The notes below the pieces were generated by a model that was not told the origin of the DNA, searched no databases, and worked only from the letters and a program-made list of their open reading frames with translations. Below are positions 37,465-48,124 of a stretch of 64,000 nucleotides of DNA, piece after piece. How positions within the stretch are numbered: position 1 is the first letter of the stretch; every line of letters starts with the position of its first letter. This DNA is from Escherichia phage wV7. A program made the translations under genes and the position numbers. Location: sequence record NC_019505.1. One strand, given 5' to 3'.

Positions 37465-37539
37465 TGGCGGACGTGATAGGATTCGAACCTATAACCAATC
37501 GCTTAACAGGCGATCGCTCTGCCATTGAGCTACACATCC
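37465..37539 (-). tRNA. tRNA-Asn (anticodon GUU), CCA encoded
   Basis: Acceptor GGATGTG/CACGTCC (one G-U), anticodon loop CTGTTAA, T-loop TTCGAAT. Confidence 0.75.
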
Positions 37540-37543
37540 AAAT

Positions 37544-37630
37544 TGGTGGGGAGTGGTGGAGTCGAACCACCCGAGTCGCAATGACAATGAATTTACAGTC
37601 CACACCGCTACCTCTACGGGATAACTCCCC
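37544..37630 (-). tRNA. tRNA-Tyr (anticodon GUA), long variable arm, CCA encoded
   Basis: Acceptor GGGGAGT/ACTCCCC, anticodon loop CTGTAAA, variable-arm hairpin GTC-ATTGC-GAC, T-loop TTCGACT. Confidence 0.7.
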
Positions 37631-37642
37631 TAATTCATAATT

Positions 37643-37717
37643 TGGTGGCCCTGGGTGGAATTGAACCACCATCTGGCGATTATGAGTCGCTTGCTTGAAC
37701 CTTCCAGCTACAGGGCC
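37643..37717 (-). tRNA. tRNA with CAU anticodon (Met, or Ile by T4 analogy), CCA encoded
   Basis: Acceptor GGCCCTG/CAGGGCC, anticodon loop CTCATAA, T-loop TTCAATT. Confidence 0.75.
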
Positions 37718-37718
37718 T

Positions 37719-37794
37719 TGGTGCTGATTGACGGAATCGAACCGCCGACCTTCTCATTACAAGTGAGTTGCTCTACCTACTGAGCTAAATCAGC
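37719..37794 (-). tRNA. tRNA-Thr (anticodon UGU), CCA encoded
   Basis: Acceptor GCTGATT/AATCAGC, anticodon loop CTTGTAA, T-loop TTCGATT. Confidence 0.8.
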
Positions 37795-37799
37795 AAAAC

Positions 37800-37889
37800 T
37801 GGCGGAGGTGATAGGATTCGAACCTATGAATCGCCGGAGCGACTGCCGGTTTTCAAGACCGGTGCATTCAACCACTCTGCCACACCTCC
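37800..37889 (-). tRNA. tRNA-Ser (anticodon UGA), long variable arm, CCA encoded
   Basis: Acceptor GGAGGTG/CACCTCC, anticodon loop CTTGAAA, long variable arm, T-loop TTCGAAT. Confidence 0.8.
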
Positions 37890-37891
37890 AG

Positions 37892-37965
37892 TCTCCATAC
37901 AAGGATTTGAACCTTGGACCTCCTGATCCCAAATCAGGCGCTCTACCAAACTGAGCTACACGGAG
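37892..37965 (-). tRNA. tRNA-Pro (anticodon UGG), CCA not encoded
   Basis: Acceptor CTCCGTG/TATGGAG (two G-U), anticodon loop TTTGGGA, T-loop TTCAAAT; followed by CT then next tRNA. Confidence 0.75.
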
Positions 37966-37975
37966 TAAATTAAAT

Positions 37976-38049
<74 letters not shown>

Positions 38050-38054
38050 AAATT

Positions 38055-38141
38055 TGGTGCGAGAAGTGGGACTCGAACCCACAAGGAAATCATTCCGCAG
38101 CATTTTAAGTGCTGTGCCTTTACCAATTTGACCATTCTCGC
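38055..38141 (-). tRNA. tRNA-Leu (anticodon UAA), long variable arm, CCA encoded
   Basis: Acceptor GCGAGAA/TTCTCGC, anticodon stem CAGCA/TGCTG with loop CTTAAAA, T-loop TTCGAGT. Confidence 0.8.
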
Positions 38142-38142
38142 G

Positions 38143-38215
38143 CTGGGAATAAAGGACTCGAACCTTTGCATCTAGCAGTCAAAGTGCTATGCCTTACCAA
38201 CTTGGCTAATTCCCA
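38143..38215 (-). tRNA. tRNA-Gln (anticodon UUG), CCA not encoded
   Basis: Acceptor TGGGAAT/ATTCCCA, anticodon stem TAGCA/TGCTA with loop CTTTGAC, T-loop TTCGAGT; abuts tRNA-Leu. Confidence 0.8.
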
Positions 38216-38312
38216 ATTATTAACAAAGGCTCTCAAGCAAGAACCCTTGATGATAGAGGGTATTAATCAGTGCGGTATGAGTTAATAATAACAAATAATT
38301 CTTAAAGCATAT

Positions 38313-38600
38313 TTACCATTTATGATAATACATATTTACGATGCACTCAAGACCCAAAGGATTCTTGAAAATATCATATTCAAGAGGACCTTTTTCTGTT
38401 TCAATAAAGAAATCAAAATTTACTGTATTAAATTTACGGTCTTCCTTCACTAATTTAACCTGAGAAGATGAACGGTCAATGTAAACCTTTTCAACTTCAA
38501 AACATGTTAAAATGCCATAATCATCAATCAAGGCTTTAGCTGCTTCTTGATCATATTTATATCCATTTTCAATGGACGATACTTTAGCATAAAGAATCAT
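38313..38600 (-). CDS. Hypothetical protein
   Basis: 95-aa ORF upstream of tRNA cluster. Confidence 0.5.
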   Translation of the reverse strand: MILYAKVSSIENGYKYDQEAAKALIDDYGILTCFEVEKVYIDRSSSQVKLVKEDRKFNTVNFDFFIETEKGPLEYDIFKNPLGLECIVNMYYHKW

Positions 38601-38602
38601 TA

Positions 38603-38983
38603 TTACCCTTCATCAACAATAGTATGAGTGTGGGCATTTACAATTTGCCACCAATCAAAGCGATTAGAACCATACATTGGTTTGTTCTCATTTTCTTTGA
38701 TAATGTCACGGAGTTCATCTTCGGTAGCAGCTTTCGCGATTAAATCAGCATATCCACCGCGAGGATAATAATTATCACCTGCAAAAAGTAAAAAGTTTGG
38801 TTTAATGTTATTGAACTCTTCAAGAGTAATAACTGTTCCACCAGGTTGAACAATATCTACATAACTATATCCTAATTTTTGAGCAGCATCTACTGCTTCA
38901 AGCAGGGTATCATGAGCCCATCCAATTTGGCAATCTGGCTTTTCAGATGGATTAGCCTGATAATCTGCATATACTTTATACAT
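38603..38983 (-). CDS. Hypothetical protein
   Basis: ORF 38603-39022; start probably internal Met (MYKVYADYQ...). Confidence 0.5.
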   Translation of the reverse strand: MYKVYADYQANPSEKPDCQIGWAHDTLLEAVDAAQKLGYSYVDIVQPGGTVITLEEFNNIKPNFLLFAGDNYYPRGGYADLIAKAATEDELRDIIKENENKPMYGSNRFDWWQIVNAHTHTIVDEG

Positions 38984-38984
38984 T

Positions 38985-39170
38985 TTACTCACCTTTAGAA
39001 ATTTTATCCATAACGATAGCAATTAAACCAATTAAAAATGCTACTACAAGTGAAAATACATTTTCTGCTGTAGTTAATAATCCGCATATAAATCCAACAA
39101 ACATTGAAAAACTAAAAGCGGAAGCAGAAATTGCAATAGCAACATTTCGAATTAATTCACAGCGTTTCAT
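38985..39170 (-). CDS. Small membrane protein
   Basis: ORF 38985-39230; true start MKRCELIRN... (61 aa), upstream codons are a translated early promoter. Confidence 0.45.
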   Translation of the reverse strand: MKRCELIRNVAIAISASAFSFSMFVGFICGLLTTAENVFSLVVAFLIGLIAIVMDKISKGE

Positions 39171-39198
39171 TTTATTCTCCTCAGTAGTTGATAGGGTA

Positions 39199-39228
39199 AT
39201 AGTATCACTACTAAAACCCCGTGTAAAC
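39199..39228 (-). promoter_or_regulatory. T4-type early promoter
   Basis: GTTTAC -35 and TGaTACTAT extended -10; AACAACTTTGTGAAATTATTTTA upstream element. Confidence 0.6.
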
Positions 39229-39240
39229 AACTTTGTGAAA

Positions 39241-39498
39241 TTATTTTAAATCTTCTAATCGTTTCTTCATCTTAGAACCATTTTTAGCGATTTCTCCTGC
39301 GTCAGAGCATAATGCTAAAAGTGCTTTAACTTTAGTTTGGTCTCCTTTAAAAGACGAAGGATCGACTGCAGCAGCAAGTTCTTTAATACGAGAGAAAAGA
39401 CGCTCAGCTTCAGCTAAAGCCATTCCAAGCTTTACTTCCATACCATGAGAAGATTCAGTGATAATAGTTTCTGTAGCAAACTCTTTATAAGTTTTCAT
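39241..39498 (-). CDS. Internal head protein-like (ipI position), with capsid targeting sequence
   Basis: 85 aa; N-terminus MKTYKEFATETI; own early promoter; adjacent to 57B as in T4. Confidence 0.7.
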   Translation of the reverse strand: MKTYKEFATETIITESSHGMEVKLGMALAEAERLFSRIKELAAAVDPSSFKGDQTKVKALLALCSDAGEIAKNGSKMKKRLEDLK

Positions 39499-39533
39499 TT
39501 TATTTTCCTAAATTAATAAATGTGTTGATGGAG

Positions 39534-39563
39534 ATAATATCACTTCTCCATCATCGTGTAAAC
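39534..39563 (-). promoter_or_regulatory. T4-type early promoter of ipI-like gene
   Basis: GTTTAC -35 and TGaTATTAT extended -10; same upstream element. Confidence 0.6.
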
Positions 39564-39575
39564 AACTTTGTGAAA

Positions 39576-40272
<697 letters not shown>

Positions 40273-40273
<1 letters not shown>

Positions 40274-40998
40274 TATAGTACCTTTAGTGTATTTTTAATT
40301 TTAGAAAAAAGTTCTTCAAGAGAACCATCGTTTGTAATTACTAAATCACCATCACGAATTGGCAATCCAGCTTCTGTAATATGTGTATCATTGGATTTTT
40401 GACCAGGACGAACTACATGAATTACTGTAGCACCCATCGCCCTAGCCGCATCCATTTCATGATCTTGACGAGTATCAGGAACGATATAATAATCATAACC
40501 TGAGTTAAATTTATCAAGATAATCTAAAGCAAATAATTTTACCCAGTACATGCGGTCGAAGTTATTAACAATCAAATCCGTACCTAGGGCTTGCATCAGA
40601 CGACGGACTGACCATTGATCTTCAATATTATTTATAACGTCAATAATCTTGTTAAATGCTACGGAATTAACTGATTCTTTTCCTTCGTCATCAAAAACAA
40701 ACACACCTTTAATTGGGCTTTTACCATTAAGATAGCAAAATGCTTGTTCCATAATTGTGATTACTTCTAATTTAGTCAGATTTAAATTAGTCTCACGATC
40801 ATAGTCAATTCCTTCAAACTCTTTACGAGTTAAGCAAGGATAGTCAGTGTTTGCTGCAAATACTCCCCATGCATAAGCCAATGCATCCTTAATAGGACCA
40901 GCAAGTTGGTATTTAACTGCAGAATAATTGCTCATGATAAAATCAGCAGTAGTATCTTTTCCACTACGCTTTACACCGCTTAAAAAGATTAGTTTCAT
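40273..40998 (-). CDS. 1: Deoxynucleoside monophosphate kinase gp1
   Basis: 241 aa from internal Met; P-loop GVKRSGKDT; matches T4 gp1 length. Confidence 0.88.
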
Positions 40999-41047
40999 GT
41001 GTTTCTCCTCAAATTTAATTAAGATTATAACACACAAAACTGAAGCA

Positions 41048-41578
41048 TTAAACTTCTGCTATAATTTTTCCATCTTTTTCTACTTGAAAATAGGTGTAAG
41101 GAATCGTTGCAGTACATACTAACGCCGGGTCTGAATCTTCTGTGTAGCTAAATTCTACTTCAGATAGGTCAGAAACCCAAGGCTTATAAAAATTTATTGA
41201 CATCACGATTTCAGTTTTGCTATTATCTAAGATGTAAAGCGTAATGTACTCAGGACCTGTTTTTTGGGCAGTATTTTCACCTGTAAGATAGTTGCTAGTT
41301 CCTAGCATCCATTCATACATTCCTATCCACGACTTAAGTTCTTCATCAACTATAAATCTCACAATGAGTGGATCATACTCAAATGTAACACCTGGACGTT
41401 GTGCTCGGCCCAGTCCAAACGGCCCAGTCACGGTATCAGTAACAGGTATTCTAATTCCTGGAATAGGAACTGACTGAGCATTTAAAGTAAAAGCAGATGT
41501 AGTATTACTATGTGGTATTGATACTACAAAGTTAGTTGTATTTGCTTGGTTAAAAATTTGTTGCAGAGCTTGCGACAT
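41048..41578 (-). CDS. 3: Tail completion / sheath stabiliser gp3
   Basis: 176 aa from internal Met (ORF 41048-41659); gene order 1-3-2-4 as in T4. Confidence 0.75.
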   Translation of the reverse strand: MSQALQQIFNQANTTNFVVSIPHSNTTSAFTLNAQSVPIPGIRIPVTDTVTGPFGLGRAQRPGVTFEYDPLIVRFIVDEELKSWIGMYEWMLGTSNYLTGENTAQKTGPEYITLYILDNSKTEIVMSINFYKPWVSDLSEVEFSYTEDSDPALVCTATIPYTYFQVEKDGKIIAEV

Positions 41579-41684
41579 ATATTCCTCATAATGCTTTATA
41601 ACTGTTGGTGGTATAATGGGTCTAAGTCCCTTCCATTCAATTCCATTTAGAACAAACAATAGAAAAGAATGGAAGATAATAGAA

Positions 41685-42509
41685 TTAGATATTTGACCAG
41701 ACTTTGTTTGCAGAGAAACGTTTTCCTTTTGAAACGAACTGCTGAAGTGGCATCAACACAACGTTCGCCCAGTCTTTCGGGGCGATTTCAACAAGGCTAC
41801 CCATAATATTACCGGGTATATATGCCTTAATCATTTGGTCTGCACCCCTAAATCCTTTCACTTGACTCCAATCAATTTTTAATTTCGTTTTATTAGTAAT
41901 AGTAGGTGTATTTGAGTATTGCTTTAAAAGCTCTTCTAGAAATTGCTGACGAGCTTTAGGTGGAATATAGTGCAAGTTCAATCCGTACATTAAATTATGC
42001 TTACCTAAACCAAGGTAAATTATTAAAGGAAATTTATCCCAGTAAGGAAGAGTTTCCTTGTGTTTAGCATCATAAGCAAAAGCATATATTCGTCCCGGCT
42101 GCGGGCGAACAACTTTATGTCCTTTTACTTGCTTAATAGTTTCGGCAAACCATTTTCTGGTTTTATTATTAATTGCTGCACCTTCATTACGAATTTTATC
42201 GCGCAATGTTTGTCTGAATGAATTTATCATAAGCAGTTGTCTTTCTTGCTTATTGAGCTTATTCATTGGTTTTGATTCAAGCTTTTGAATCTTTTCAGCC
42301 GTTTTAATTCCCGAAGCATATTTTGACATTGCCGAAGTAAACGTAGAGTATTTGATTCCTCTTTCTTCAGCAAATTGCTTTCCTGTCATTCCTTTTGCTT
42401 TGGCCTTTTTATATTCAAGACCTATTTGAATCCATTTCTTTTCGTTTAATGATTGCTTAACCTTTGGAACTTGGGGAGTGCTTTCATTAATTATTTGAAA
42501 AATAGCCAT
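41685..42509 (-). CDS. 2: DNA end-protector protein gp2
   Basis: 274 aa, basic; size and position match T4 gp2. Confidence 0.8.
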   Translation of the reverse strand: MAIFQIINESTPQVPKVKQSLNEKKWIQIGLEYKKAKAKGMTGKQFAEERGIKYSTFTSAMSKYASGIKTAEKIQKLESKPMNKLNKQERQLLMINSFRQTLRDKIRNEGAAINNKTRKWFAETIKQVKGHKVVRPQPGRIYAFAYDAKHKETLPYWDKFPLIIYLGLGKHNLMYGLNLHYIPPKARQQFLEELLKQYSNTPTITNKTKLKIDWSQVKGFRGADQMIKAYIPGNIMGSLVEIAPKDWANVVLMPLQQFVSKGKRFSANKVWSNI

Positions 42510-42961
42510 TATGCCCCCTTAAAGCCAAGAGCTCGTAATCCATCTTCTGTTAGAATTCTAAATTTTATTCCACGCTTTTCAGCTAAAGACTGTGCTGCTT
42601 TCCATTTATCAGTGTTCACAGACCAGGTATAAATTTCATTCATAAATCTTTTCTTCGCTGCGGTTGTTAGATGTGCTGGTTTAACTGGTGGTTGTGTTTC
42701 TTTTTTAGGCTTTATTTCAATAAAAAATTCTTGTCCAGAAGAATCTTTCATCCAAATATCCATGAAGTATCTACGTTTTTTCCCTTCGGCATTACAAAAA
42801 TAAGGAATTACTGCTGTTTCACTACCCCATGCAATAATTTCTGGATTTTTATCTAACCATTCAAAAAAGAATTTTTCCCAATTTGATCTATACGTAATTT
42901 TTTTAGGGTCACCTCTATATTTTGATATATTTTTAGGAACCCATTTTCCAGAATATGCCAT
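42509..42961 (-). CDS. 4: Head completion protein gp4
   Basis: 150 aa; divergent from gene 53 with its own minus-strand late promoter. Confidence 0.8.
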   Translation of the reverse strand: MAYSGKWVPKNISKYRGDPKKITYRSNWEKFFFEWLDKNPEIIAWGSETAVIPYFCNAEGKKRRYFMDIWMKDSSGQEFFIEIKPKKETQPPVKPAHLTTAAKKRFMNEIYTWSVNTDKWKAAQSLAEKRGIKFRILTEDGLRALGFKGA

Positions 42962-42972
42962 TGGATTCTCCT

Positions 42973-42980
42973 TATAAATA
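42973..42980 (+). promoter_or_regulatory. Late promoter (TATAAATA) of gene 53
   Basis: Plus TATAAATA about 28 nt upstream of gene 53 ATG. Confidence 0.7.
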
Positions 42981-42987
42981 GATAATA

Positions 42988-42995
42988 TATTTATA
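42988..42995 (-). promoter_or_regulatory. Late promoter (TATAAATA) of gene 4
   Basis: Minus TATAAATA about 26 nt upstream of gene 4 start; back-to-back with gene 53 promoter. Confidence 0.7.
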
Positions 42996-43008
42996 AACAG
43001 GAGGGCCC

Positions 43009-43599
43009 ATGCTCTTTACATTTTTTGATCCGATTGAATATGCGGCCAAAACGGTGAATAAAAACGCGCCGACTATTCCTATGACAGATATTTTTAGAAA
43101 CTATAAAGACTATTTTAAACGCGCTCTTGCGGGATACCGCTTACGTACTTATTATATCAAAGGTTCACCCCGCCCAGAAGAATTAGCAAATACTATATAT
43201 GGAAATCCGCAGTTGTATTGGGTTTTATTGATGTGTAATGATAACTATGATCCGTATTATGGATGGATTACTTCACAAGAAGCTGCTTATCAAGCATCTA
43301 TACAAAAATACAAAAACGTAGGTGGAGACCAAATAGTATATCATGTGAATGAGAACGGTGAAAAATTTTACAATTTAATATCATACGATGATAATCCATA
43401 TGTTTGGTATGATAAAGGCGATAAAGCTAAAAAATATCCTCAATATGAAGGAGCGCTTGCTGCTGTTAATACGTATGAAGCTGCTGTTCTTGAAAATGAA
43501 AAACTTCGTCAAATAAAAATAATAGCAAAATCAGACATCAATTCATTTATGAACGACCTTATACGTATAATGGAGAAATCTTATGGAAATGATAAGTAA
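43009..43599 (+). CDS. 53: Baseplate wedge protein gp53
   Basis: 196 aa; late promoter upstream; followed by gene 5. Confidence 0.85.
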   Translation: MLFTFFDPIEYAAKTVNKNAPTIPMTDIFRNYKDYFKRALAGYRLRTYYIKGSPRPEELANTIYGNPQLYWVLLMCNDNYDPYYGWITSQEAAYQASIQKYKNVGGDQIVYHVNENGEKFYNLISYDDNPYVWYDKGDKAKKYPQYEGALAAVNTYEAAVLENEKLRQIKIIAKSDINSFMNDLIRIMEKSYGNDK

Positions 43600-45310
43600 T
43601 AACCTCAATTGGTTTGTTGGTGTTGTTGAAGATAGAATGGACCCATTGAAATTAGGTCGTGTTCGTGTTCGTGTTGTTGGTCTGCATCCACCTCAAAGAG
43701 CACAAGGTGATGTAATGGGTATTCCAACTGAAAAATTACCATGGATGTCAGTTATTCAACCTATAACTTCTGCAGCAATGTCTGGAATTGGAGGCTCCGT
43801 TACTGGACCGGTAGAAGGAACTAGAGTTTATGGTCATTTTTTAGACAAATGGAAAACCAACGGAATTGTTCTTGGCACATATGGTGGAATAGTTCGCGAA
43901 AAACCTAATAGACTTGAAGGATTTTCTGACCCAACTGGGCAATATCCTAGACGTTTAGGAAATGATACTAACGTACTAAACCAAGGCGGAGAAGTAGGAT
44001 ATGATTCGTCTTCTAACGTTATTCAAGATAGTAACTTAGACACTGCAATAAATCCTGATGATAGACCACTATCAGAGATTCCAACCGATGATAATCCAAA
44101 TATGTCAATGGCTGAAATGCTTCGCCGTGATGAAGGATTAAGACTAAAAGTTTATTGGGATACCGAAGGATATCCGACAATTGGTATTGGTCATCTTATC
44201 ATGAAGCAGCCAGTTCGTGATATGGCTCAAATTAATAAAGTTTTATCAAAACAAGTTGGTCGTGAAATTACTGGAAACCCAGGTTCTATTACAATGGAAG
44301 AGGCGACAGCTTTATTTGAGCGTGATTTGGCTGATATGCAACGTGACATTAAATCACATTCTAAAGTAGGACCAGTCTGGCAAGCTGTCAACCGTTCTCG
44401 TCAAATGGCGTTAGAAAATATGGCATTTCAGATGGGTGTTGGCGGTGTAGCTAAATTTAACACAATGTTAACTGCTATGTTAGCAGGAGATTGGGAAAAA
44501 GCATATAAAGCTGGTCGTGATTCGTTGTGGTATCAACAAACAAAAGGCCGTGCATCCCGTGTTACCATGATTATTCTTACCGGAAATTTGGAATCATATG
44601 GTATTGAAGTTAAAACACCAGCTAGGTCTTTGTCGGCAATGGCTGCTACTGTGGCGAAGTCTTCTGATCCAGCTGACCCTCCTATTCCAAATGACTCAAG
44701 AATTTTATTCAAAGAACCAGTTTCTTCATATAAAGGCGAATATCCGTATGTTCACACAATGGAAACTGAAAGCGGTCATATTCAGGAATTTGATGATACC
44801 CCTGGGCAAGAACGATATAGATTAGTTCATCCAACTGGAACTTATGAAGAAGTATCACCGTCAGGAAGAAGAACAAGAAAAACTGTCGATAATTTGTATG
44901 ATATAACCAACGCTGATGGTAATTTTTTGGTAGCCGGCGATAAAAAGACTAACGTCGGTGGATCAGAAATTTATTACAACATGGATAATCGTCTTCACCA
45001 AATAGATGGAAGCAATACAATATTTGTACGTGGCGATGAAACTAAGACGGTTGAAGGTAATGGAACTATCCTAGTTAAAGGTAATGTTACTATTGTAGTT
45101 GAAGGTAATGCTGACATTACAGTTAAAGGAGATGCTACCACTTTAGTTGAAGGAAATCAGACTAATACAGTAAATGGAAATCTTTCTTGGAAAGTTGCTG
45201 GGACAGTTGATTGGGACGTTGGTGGTGATTGGACAGAAAAAATGGCATCTATGAGTTCTATTTCATCTGGTCAATACACAATTGATGGATCGAGGATTGA
45301 CATTGGCTAA
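43583..45310 (+). CDS. 5: Baseplate hub / tail lysozyme and cell-puncturing spike gp5
   Basis: 575 aa; internal lysozyme domain (MAEMLRRDEGLRLKVYWDTEGYPTIGIGHL) paralogous to gene e; C-terminal VxG beta-helix repeats. Confidence 0.95.
   Translation: MEMISNNLNWFVGVVEDRMDPLKLGRVRVRVVGLHPPQRAQGDVMGIPTEKLPWMSVIQPITSAAMSGIGGSVTGPVEGTRVYGHFLDKWKTNGIVLGTYGGIVREKPNRLEGFSDPTGQYPRRLGNDTNVLNQGGEVGYDSSSNVIQDSNLDTAINPDDRPLSEIPTDDNPNMSMAEMLRRDEGLRLKVYWDTEGYPTIGIGHLIMKQPVRDMAQINKVLSKQVGREITGNPGSITMEEATALFERDLADMQRDIKSHSKVGPVWQAVNRSRQMALENMAFQMGVGGVAKFNTMLTAMLAGDWEKAYKAGRDSLWYQQTKGRASRVTMIILTGNLESYGIEVKTPARSLSAMAATVAKSSDPADPPIPNDSRILFKEPVSSYKGEYPYVHTMETESGHIQEFDDTPGQERYRLVHPTGTYEEVSPSGRRTRKTVDNLYDITNADGNFLVAGDKKTNVGGSEIYYNMDNRLHQIDGSNTIFVRGDETKTVEGNGTILVKGNVTIVVEGNADITVKGDATTLVEGNQTNTVNGNLSWKVAGTVDWDVGGDWTEKMASMSSISSGQYTIDGSRIDIG
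45030..45190 (+). repeat. Tandem octapeptide-coding repeats inside gene 5 (spike beta-helix)
   Basis: Repeated GTTGAAGGTAATG / GTTAAAGG units encoding VEGNGTILVKGNVTIVVEGNADITVKGDATTLVEGNQT. Confidence 0.6.
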
Positions 45311-45320
45311 TATACTTCCA

Positions 45321-45839
45321 ATGAGCGCTGATTTAGGAGAATCCATGGAAGGTTCTTCTATCGACGTCACCTTTACCGCTCAATTAGAAACAGGTGAAAC
45401 GTTAGTATCTATAAATATAACTAGTTACGAAGAAACTCCTGGGGTTTTAGTAGAAGAAAATCGCTTATACGGAACATATGAATCTGTATTTGGTTTTGGA
45501 AATGACGCGTTGAAATATCGTTTAGGCGATGAATTTAAAACTGCTGCTTCATGGGAAGAACTTCCAACTGATTCTAATACTCAGTTGTATTTGTGGAAAG
45601 CTCCCCAAAACCTCCAGAAGACATTCACTTACGAAGTAACATTAATATATGACTATCAAGAACAAAGTGAATCTGGAGGTTCTGGCAGTAATTCTAGGTC
45701 ATCTTCTGATACTACTGAACCGACAGATCCTCCTGCTCCAGTAAGAAAAACTCTCGTTAAAAATTATACTAAAACTATAGTTGGAAATTGGAGTCGTTGG
45801 GCTAATAAATTGAGAAGCTATGTGTATGAGAGGCCATAA
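45321..45839 (+). CDS. 5.1: Baseplate-associated protein gp5.1; start uncertain
   Basis: ORF 45282-45839; start taken at first Met after the gene 5 stop. Confidence 0.6.
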
Positions 45840-46133
45840 ATGTCAGGATTAAGTTATGATAAGTGTGTTACTGCTGGCCATGAAGCGTGGCCTCCAACAG
45901 TTGTGAATGCTACACAAAGCAAAGTATTCACTGGAGGAATTGCTGTTCTAGTAGCAGGCGATCCAATTACAGAACATACAGAAATTAAAAAGCCATATGA
46001 AACACATGGCGGAGTGACACAACCTAGAACTTCTAAGGTATATGTCACTGGAAAGAAAGCTGTTCAAATGGCTGATCCAATATCATGCGGTGATACTGTG
46101 GCTCAGGCATCATCTAAAGTATTCATTAAATAG
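45840..46133 (+). CDS. 5.4: Spike tip protein gp5.4 (PAAR-like)
   Basis: 97 aa; size and position match T4 gp5.4. Confidence 0.8.
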
Positions 46134-46141
46134 GATTTAAA

Positions 46142-48124
46142 ATGGCAAATACCCCTGTAAATTATCAATTAACAAGAACAGCAAATGCTATTCCCGAGAT
46201 ATTCGTCGGGGGTACGTTTGCTGAAATAAAACAAAACCTCATTGAATGGCTTAATGGCCAAAATGAATTTTTGGATTATGATTTTGAAGGCTCAAGATTA
46301 AACGTTCTGTGTGACCTTTTGGCTTATAATACGCTGTACATTCAGCAGTTTGGTAATGCTGCTGTGTATGAAAGCTTTATGCGTACTGCTAACTTACGAA
46401 GTTCAGTTGTTCAAGCTGCACAAGATAACGGATATTTACCTACTTCAAAATCCGCTGCGCAGACCGAAATTATGTTAACATGCACTGACGCATTGAATAG
46501 GAATTACATCACAATTCCTCGCGGAACTCGCTTTTTAGCATATGCAAAAGATACTTCTGTTAATCCATATAACTTCGTTTCTACCGAAGACGTTATTGCT
46601 ATTCGTGATAAAAATAACCAATATTTTCCACGTTTAAAATTGGCCCAGGGACGTATAGTAAGAACTGAAATCATTTATGATAAATTAACACCTATTATCA
46701 TTTATGATAAAAATATTGATAGAAACCAAGTTAAGCTGTATGTTGATGGAGCAGAATGGATTAACTGGACAAGAAAGTCAATGGTCCATGCTGGTTCTAC
46801 ATCAACAATTTACTACATGCGTGAAACTATTGATGGAAATACTGAATTTTATTTTGGTGAAGGTGAGATTTCCGTTAATGCGGCAGAAGGAGCATTGACC
46901 GCTAATTATATTGGAGGTCTTAAACCTACCCAGAACTCTACAATTGTTATTGAGTACATCAGTACTAACGGTGCAGATGCGAACGGCGCAGTCGGATTTT
47001 CGTATGCAGATACATTAACAAATATAACTGTCATCAATATTAATGAAAATCCAAACGACGACCCAGATTTTGTCGGAGCAGATGGCGGCGGTGATCCAGA
47101 AGATATTGAGCGTATTCGCGAATTAGGTACTATTAAACGCGAAACCCAGCAACGCTGCGTAACCGCAACTGATTATGATACATTTGTCTCAGAAAGATTT
47201 GGTTCTATTATTCAAGCTGTTCAGACTTTCACTGATTCTACTAAACCTGGGTATGCATTTATTGCTGCTAAACCTAAATCAGGATTGTATTTAACTACTG
47301 TACAGCGTGAAGATATTAAAAATTATCTCAAAGATTATAATTTAGCGCCTATTACACCGTCAATTATTTCTCCTAATTATCTTTTTATTAAGACTAATTT
47401 AAAAGTCACATATGCTTTAAATAAACTACAAGAATCCGAACAGTGGCTTGAAGGTCAAATAATTGATAAAATTGATCGTTATTATACAGAAGATGTAGAA
47501 ATTTTTAACTCATCTTTTGCCAAGTCTAAGATGTTAACTTACGTAGATGATGCAGATCATTCTATCATTGGTTCATCAGCGACAATTCAAATTGTTCGTG
47601 AAGTACAAAACTTCTATAAAACGCCTGAAGCAGGTATTAAATACAATAATCAAATAAAAGATCGTTCTATGGAATCTAATACGTTTTCATTTAATTCTGG
47701 ACGAAAGGTTGTAAATCCTGATACTGGTTTAGAAGAAGATGTATTATATGACGTTCGTATAGTATCAACAGACCGAGATTCTAAAGGAATTGGTAAAGTT
47801 ATTATTGGTCCATTTGCTTCTGGCGATGTTACAGAAAATGAAAACATTCAGCCGTATACAGGCAACGATTTTAACAAATTAGCAAATTCTGATGGACGCG
47901 ACAAATACTATGTTATCGGTGAAATAAACTATCCAGCCGATACAATTTATTGGAATATCGCTAAAATTAATTTAACATCTGAAAAATTTGAAGTCCAGAC
48001 TATTGAATTATATTCTGACCCGACCGATGATGTTATCTTTACTCGCGATGGTTCACTGATTGTATTTGAAAATGACTTACGTCCACAATACTTAACTATC
48101 GATTTGGAGCCTATATCACAATGA
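46142..48124 (+). CDS. 6: Baseplate wedge protein gp6
   Basis: 660 aa, matches T4 gp6 length and order. Confidence 0.9.
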   Translation: MANTPVNYQLTRTANAIPEIFVGGTFAEIKQNLIEWLNGQNEFLDYDFEGSRLNVLCDLLAYNTLYIQQFGNAAVYESFMRTANLRSSVVQAAQDNGYLPTSKSAAQTEIMLTCTDALNRNYITIPRGTRFLAYAKDTSVNPYNFVSTEDVIAIRDKNNQYFPRLKLAQGRIVRTEIIYDKLTPIIIYDKNIDRNQVKLYVDGAEWINWTRKSMVHAGSTSTIYYMRETIDGNTEFYFGEGEISVNAAEGALTANYIGGLKPTQNSTIVIEYISTNGADANGAVGFSYADTLTNITVININENPNDDPDFVGADGGGDPEDIERIRELGTIKRETQQRCVTATDYDTFVSERFGSIIQAVQTFTDSTKPGYAFIAAKPKSGLYLTTVQREDIKNYLKDYNLAPITPSIISPNYLFIKTNLKVTYALNKLQESEQWLEGQIIDKIDRYYTEDVEIFNSSFAKSKMLTYVDDADHSIIGSSATIQIVREVQNFYKTPEAGIKYNNQIKDRSMESNTFSFNSGRKVVNPDTGLEEDVLYDVRIVSTDRDSKGIGKVIIGPFASGDVTENENIQPYTGNDFNKLANSDGRDKYYVIGEINYPADTIYWNIAKINLTSEKFEVQTIELYSDPTDDVIFTRDGSLIVFENDLRPQYLTIDLEPISQ

